Assembly: GCF_009914755.1 (NCBI RefSeq)
Contig: NC_060933.1
Length of the DNA stretch: 64,000 bases
DNA from: the human T2T-CHM13v2.0 reference genome, Homo sapiens
Direction: 5' to 3' (one strand)
The first letter of the stretch is position 1. Every line of letters starts with the position of its first letter. The notes under the pieces are model-generated. The model did no database searches. It was given only the letters and a program-made list of their open reading frames with translations, and had not been told where the DNA came from. The position numbers and the translations under genes are program-made. Shown piece by piece: positions 58,189 to 64,000 of this stretch.

Positions 58189-60374
58189 CAGCTGAGGTCC
58201 AGGCAGAGGGTGAGGGAAATGTTGAGAAAGGGGGAGGACGATGTGGAAGGAGAGTGACACTGCATGAGTAATGCACATATACCTTTATTACCAGCAACCA
58301 CTCATTCGCCTGGAAATAAAACCTTAATGCTTTTGGTCTGTATAAAACTTTGTACTTTATAGCAAGGTCCTTATTGCTGACCCCATTTATTTCCAGTTAA
58401 AAGACTCCTTGGCCCAGCAGCCATAATTCCATTGTCTTTGGCTGATGCTGCCTGCTGCATCATTGTCATACTAACAGCCCTTTATCCACATGCCCAGGGT
58501 AGAGTGAGTGGCAATCAAGACACTGGTTTGGCTGCTTATTTCAGTTCTACCTCTCACTGCTCAGTCTTTACACCTGCATAAACAGCTATGAGAGTGAGAG
58601 AGCCTTACTCTCAGTTCTCAATTTTGCTCACCACTTGGGAGAGCATATACCAGATGCCATGGAGTCCTTCTTATCCTTCTCATAGTCTTTGAGCCCTTGT
58701 CTTTTAATTTTTTTTTCAGAAAGCCATATCTCTGACAGCATCCTATGCTCACATCACTGCCATTATTGTTAAGAATCATGAAGCATCTGAGATTTTACCC
58801 TATTTGCAAGCTAATGAGCTAGCCTACCCCAGTTTCAGAGATGTTGCTAGAAGACAGAACACTACTGGGTCAGAGACATTCACAGAGGTAATATAAATGA
58901 GCTCAGTTGGATGCCTGTACACATAGTGGGTTGTGTTACATAAGAGAAAACCTGACCATAGGTACCTGAATCTATTATACTGGATAGTAAACACACCTCC
59001 CTTTACTCTGGAAAAATATACTATTACGATTTCCCAGGGAAGTTCACTTTACAGTTCATCTTGAACAAGGCAGAGGTTAGGGACACTGACCCTCCACACA
59101 GTTGAAAATTCACGTATTACTTTAGAATACTCCAAAACTTAAGTAGCCTAATGTTGCCTGAAAGCCATGCTGAAAACTGAAACAGTCAACTGACACATAT
59201 TTTATATGTTTATATATACACATATATATAAAATGTACTGTTTTCTTAGAATAAAGTAAGCTAGAGAAACAAAATAGATTACTAAGAAAATCATAAGGAA
59301 GAGAAAATGTATTTACTATTCATTAAATGGAAGTGGATCATTATGAAGGTGTGCATCCTCACCAACTTCACATAGAATAGGCTGAAGAGGGGGAGTGGGG
59401 AAGGGGTTGACCTTGACATTGGGAGGTGGCAGAGGAGCAAGAAGTGGAGGAGCTTGAAGGAAGTCAGGAGAGGCAAGCACACTTAGTGTAACTTTACAGA
59501 AATACATCGTTATTTCTGTCTCACTTTTTGCTTTTTTTATTTTGCTAAAAATATTTCTATACAGTACCAATTCTTCTTCCACCATTTGCTTTCGTTTCTG
59601 TGCTGTTATCATAGAAGGGTCCATTTTGTAAAATAGGTCAATAGCAGTCATGAATAATCTGAACCCTTCTCCTTCTGCCAGATGGTTCAATGTCATCTGC
59701 TTTCTGGCACCGCTTCTTCTTCATCTTCCTTCTCATCACCTGGGACTGATGTGGAAGCACTCATCTCTGTCAGGTTATGTTCTGTTGCTTCTTTTTGTGT
59801 GATTTCTATCAGTTCTTGAATCTCTCCAAGACACATATCTTGAAACATTTCACCTCTCACCCTTTTTTCCATACCCACAATCTCTTTCATGATTTTCTTG
59901 ATTGACTCTGTCATTCATCCTACAAAGTCATGCAGAGAACATCTGGACCCGATTTTCTCCAGCAAGAATTTATTGTTTCAGGCTTTCACAACTTTTTTTT
60001 TTTTTTTAGTGACAACAATGGCATCTTTAATGGTGTGATCGTCCCAAGCATTCATAATGTTCTCTCTATTGGGGTTCTCTTCCATAGCACTCGTAATTCT
60101 GTTCATAGAGTACTGTGTTTAATGAGCCTTAAAGGTTCTTATGAACCCCAATCAAGAGGATGAATTAGGGATGTTATGTTTAGGTGCAATTAGACCATGT
60201 TGACACTTTTGGCGTTGTACTCATAGTGCTCTGGGTGGCCAGAGGCATCATTCCAATATCAAGAGAACTTGGAAAGAGAGTCTCTTCCTGGCAAGGAATT
60301 TCTGGACTTTGAAAACAAAGCCTTGATGAAACCAATCCAGAAAAAAAAGATCTTGTTGCCAAGGCCTTCTTGTT

Positions 60375-60552
60375 TTTTTTTTTTTGTTTGTTTGTTTTTT
60401 TTATTCTTTTTTCTTTTTTTTTTTTTTTATTATTATTATACTCTAAGTTTTAGGGTACATGTGCACATTGTGCAGGTTAGTTACATATGTATACATGTGC
60501 CATGCTGGTGCGCTGCACCCACTAATGTGTCATCTAGCATTAGGTATATCTC
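60375..60552 (-). mobile_element. L1HS-Ta, heavily 5'-truncated
   Basis: Antisense reads GCTAGATGACACATTAGTGGG (ACA) and CTTAGAGTAT (G), both Ta diagnostics; ~55-nt tail; TSD tcttgtt at 60368-74 and 60551-57. Confidence 0.93.
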
Positions 60553-61050
60553 TTGTTATAAAACCCAAGGAACTGCAGCTAGTGTTTATCTTACCCCATC
60601 AAAATTGAGGATCAGCATATAGATAAGGGCAGTCCTGATTGTAAACATGCCTCCATTTGCATAGAAGATTAGAGCTAGCCTATCCCTTCCTGCCTTAAAC
60701 CTTTGTGCTCCATTCTCTTCTTTACTAATAAATACTCTCTGTGGCAATTTTTTTCCAGAATAAGATAGTTTTGTCTGCATTAAAAGCCTTTTCAGGTAGA
60801 TATCATTTTTCCTCAATGATTTTCTCAATGGAAACCTGGGCATTTTTCTGCTGCCTCTTGATTGGCAAAAGATCCTTCTTCTGTCATCCTTACATTTTTC
60901 TGACCCAAACATCTTTGTAAAATTACCAAACTATCCTTTGCCGGCATTAAGTGCTCCACCTTTAGATCCTTTACTTTCCTTTTGCTGTAAGTTGTCATAT
61001 GATGACTTTTCTTTCGCTGAAATCATATTTGAACCTATAGGTATGCCTTT

Positions 61051-61308
61051 TTTTTTTTTAACTTTTGAGACAGATTATCTCTCTGTTTCCCAGACCAGAG
61101 TGCAGTGGCATGATCATGGCTCTCGGCAGCCTTAAACTACAGGCACTTATCACCAGTCCAGGCAATTAAAAAAAAAAAAAAAAACTTTTGTAAAAATGAG
61201 GACTAGTTATGTTGCACAAGCTAGTCTCAAGTTCCTGGCCTTAAGAGATCTTCCCACTTCAGCCTCTCAAAGCACTGGGATTACAGGCATGAGCCACTGC
61301 ACCTGTCC
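61051..61308 (-). mobile_element. AluJ-like element with internal deletion, inside Tigger
   Basis: Antisense Alu; TSD tatgccttt at 61042-50 and 61313-21. Confidence 0.85.
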
Positions 61309-63853
61309 TGATTATGCCTTTCTAATAGTAATCTTGCACCTACATAAAAGTTATTTTCAATACAAAAGAAAAAAGATATTTTCATGCCTCATGGCATAAC
61401 TGTAGTGACCACTTCACTAATTTTCCTTTTTTATGTTTTTACAATGGTCCTTAACCTGAATTCATTTATCATGTAATGGTGGCCAACCAGAGCTGTAGAC
61501 CTAAATCTACAGTAAATATCAAGCGATTCAACTATTTCTTGTAACGCTGTGACTTCTTTCTCCTTCTTAGGAGCACTTCCAGCATCACTACTGGCACATT
61601 GATGGGTTACATGATGTATTTACTCAACATAATGAAATATAAGTTAGAACTGTGAGAGACCACTTTATACTTAAATATACAATTTACTGGAGAGATAAAC
61701 TTCTCATGTGGAGATGATTAGTGTCACATGGCATTTTAAGTGGATGCAACACTTGAGTTTACTGCAATAGAAACAGGTGGTGGCTACAAAATTATTGCAA
61801 TAGTACAGTATTACTGCAGCTGATTTTATGCAATTATGATTGAAAGCTGCATCTTTGGGTTTGTTTACATTTCTCTTAATTGCAAATGGTGCCATGTACA
61901 ATATGTAAGCATAGGCACAAGTTTTGAAAAATTTTAACTTTTTATAATAAATCAGTGTGTATTTTATGATAGTAAATAATGAAATAGCCTAGTAGGTATA
62001 CGTATTTTATACATTCATGGCATAACTAACTTTGTCTTAATTTTTTTATATTTCTAGGTTATGCAGTTCATTTGTGAGTTTTTTCAGATTTGTCACAAAT
62101 CTCAAAAAACTCTTCCAATATATTTATTGAAAAAAATCCAATAAAAGTGGACCTGCATAACTGTACAAAGATTCTCAGAAAGCTAATTTAGAACAAAGGG
62201 GAGTAACTGCCTCTGCTCATAGGATGCGTAGAAATGTGAGAGAGCTATGGAAATGGCTTCCCAGCAATATTGTAATAATTATAATAAATGTAATAAGAGA
62301 TTTTGAAATAACCTTAAAAATGAGGCCTGTAAATTTTAATGGTCTGTTTCTTTTAGTCCTTAGTTCCAGATTACAAAATATATGAAAATTTCTCCATTAT
62401 TTATTTAGGATTAACTTTTATTGGCTCATTATAGCCATGATTGTATATATTTAAAAAATCTGTTAAGGAATACTGAGATGTTTTAGAAATTTTCATATTT
62501 AATTAAATGTTGGTTTTTTTACTCAAATTACACTGCTGAATCTTAACATTTTTTATAAATTAATACAGGTATATTTTCTTTCATGAATTAGTTGATGCTA
62601 TGTAAGTCCCCATACAGGTTTCATAAATATTCATCAGTGGCTCTGCTATATTTTAATCTGCATTGTCTTCCTTTGAGGTAACTATTGTTTTTGTCTGAGT
62701 CTTTAATCAGTTATGACTTGACTTAATTTACATCTTGAGTTTAGTGTGATTATAACATAAAAGGGAATAGTTATCAGTATTTGAGGCTTAGTTATTACCA
62801 ATGGATCTACATTGTCTATGATTACTTTAGAAAAAACTGTGGGGTAGTAATAATATGCAATAATCTCAGTTATGGTGGTCTCTCATTATTTTTAAAAGAT
62901 GGTGATTATCAGTACTTTCCTAGAAAGGCAGGCACTTTGATCATTTTCCTGGGCTTGAAAATGTATTCTCAGAGATAGCTAAGTTTGGTGGAATGCCATC
63001 CCATGTCAATCTGGATGGCCAGGCTAAGGGCTTCAACTGATAATTAGGAAATAAAGTGTAGAAAAGAATAAAGCTTTATAGCTTTCTTGAGGAGACAACT
63101 AGAAAGCATTTTAGACTGGGAAAGAAGCCACTTTTGTGACATTTATCAATATTTTCCCAATAAAAATTTAGCATATTAATAGAAATATACAAGTTGTATT
63201 AAAATGGTAAAAAACTATGTCTTTCAAATAAGGAGCAAGGATATAAAATTTACTTTATTTATATACTTGATCCAAACACTTTTGTAAATTAACCTCCATT
63301 TTCTACTGCTATTTTATATGTTCATCTATCCATCAATGCCTGGATATCCAGGCAGGTAGACATTGACATCAAAGAATTCTGTCAGAGGGAAATAGGGTTG
63401 TACCTGTTTATTAAAATACAGTACCTAGCATGAGAAATAAGTAGAAGAACCTTTTGAATCCTAATAGTTTAACAACAGGAGAACTATAAGTTTACATGTT
63501 AGTCTCAATATGCTACAAAAGCAATTTAATATTGGTCTAAAATATTTTCACTGTTTGGTGCTTAAAAGAATTCCTTCTGAGATCAAGATAGACTCTAGAA
63601 ATCAAAGTAGCACTAGAACTATATTTGATTGGGCTAAATGTCCAAAATAACTAGAAAAGAAATACAGGCATCACTCAGTGATGACAACTATTATGCAGTG
63701 TGCCCTGACATGTGGCTTTGGTTAATATCCCTTAAGCAGGTAAGAGACAGTCAATTAGAAAAGCCCAAATACAGGAGATGAAAATGATGATCAGTGCTGC
63801 TCTGAAACCACAGGCTGAGAAAGTCCCCAGTCCTCTTCACCCTCTCTCTATAA

Positions 63854-64000
63854 CAGGCATCAGCAACCACCAGGCCACGGACCATTAATGGAATCAGGCC
63901 ACACAGCAGGAGGTAGACAGCAGGCAAGCACGTGAAGTTCATCTGTATTTACAGGAACTCCCCATCACTCACACTACCACCTGTGCTCCACCTCCTGTCA
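63854..64000 (+). mobile_element. MER1 (MER1A-like; hAT-Charlie), runs past the right edge
   Basis: 'ggccacacagcaggaggt…gaagttcatctgtatttacag…ctccacctcctgtca'. Confidence 0.85.

Larger units (their letters stand above)
59052..62163 (-). mobile_element. Tigger2-like pogo/TcMar DNA transposon, near full length, transposase disrupted
   Basis: TA|CAG…CTG|TA ends; minus ORF fragment 'FISKEENGAQRFKAGRDRLALIFYAN'; splits the LTR40 cleanly. Confidence 0.88.

Overview
AT-rich, CpG-poor, repeat-dominated primate DNA. It is almost certainly human, because it carries an L1HS-Ta insertion at ~60.4 kb. I can support no cellular protein-coding or structural RNA gene; the longer ORFs in the track come from L1, Alu, LTR, Tigger or piggyBac sequence, or are chance ORFs. 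The window holds many L1 copies of different ages (three with twin-priming 5' inversions), seven Alus (two close inverted pairs), solo LTRs (MER11, MER9, THE1, MLT types, LTR16, MER67-like) and DNA transposons (Tigger2, MER75, MER58B, MER1). The most notable items are: (1) a ~260-bp nested inverted-repeat structure at 21560-21822 that I cannot assign to any repeat family; (2) a two-LTR LTR40/HERVL40 (class III) provirus at ~50526-62266 that keeps recognisable gamma-type env SU and TM motifs and hosts seven nested insertions; (3) an L1 whose inverted 5' piece comes from ORF1, ~4 kb from its 3' piece; (4) a short L1HS-Ta insertion that may be polymorphic; (5) a palindromic AT-rich tract. Repeat family names are from remembered consensus sequences, not from a search.
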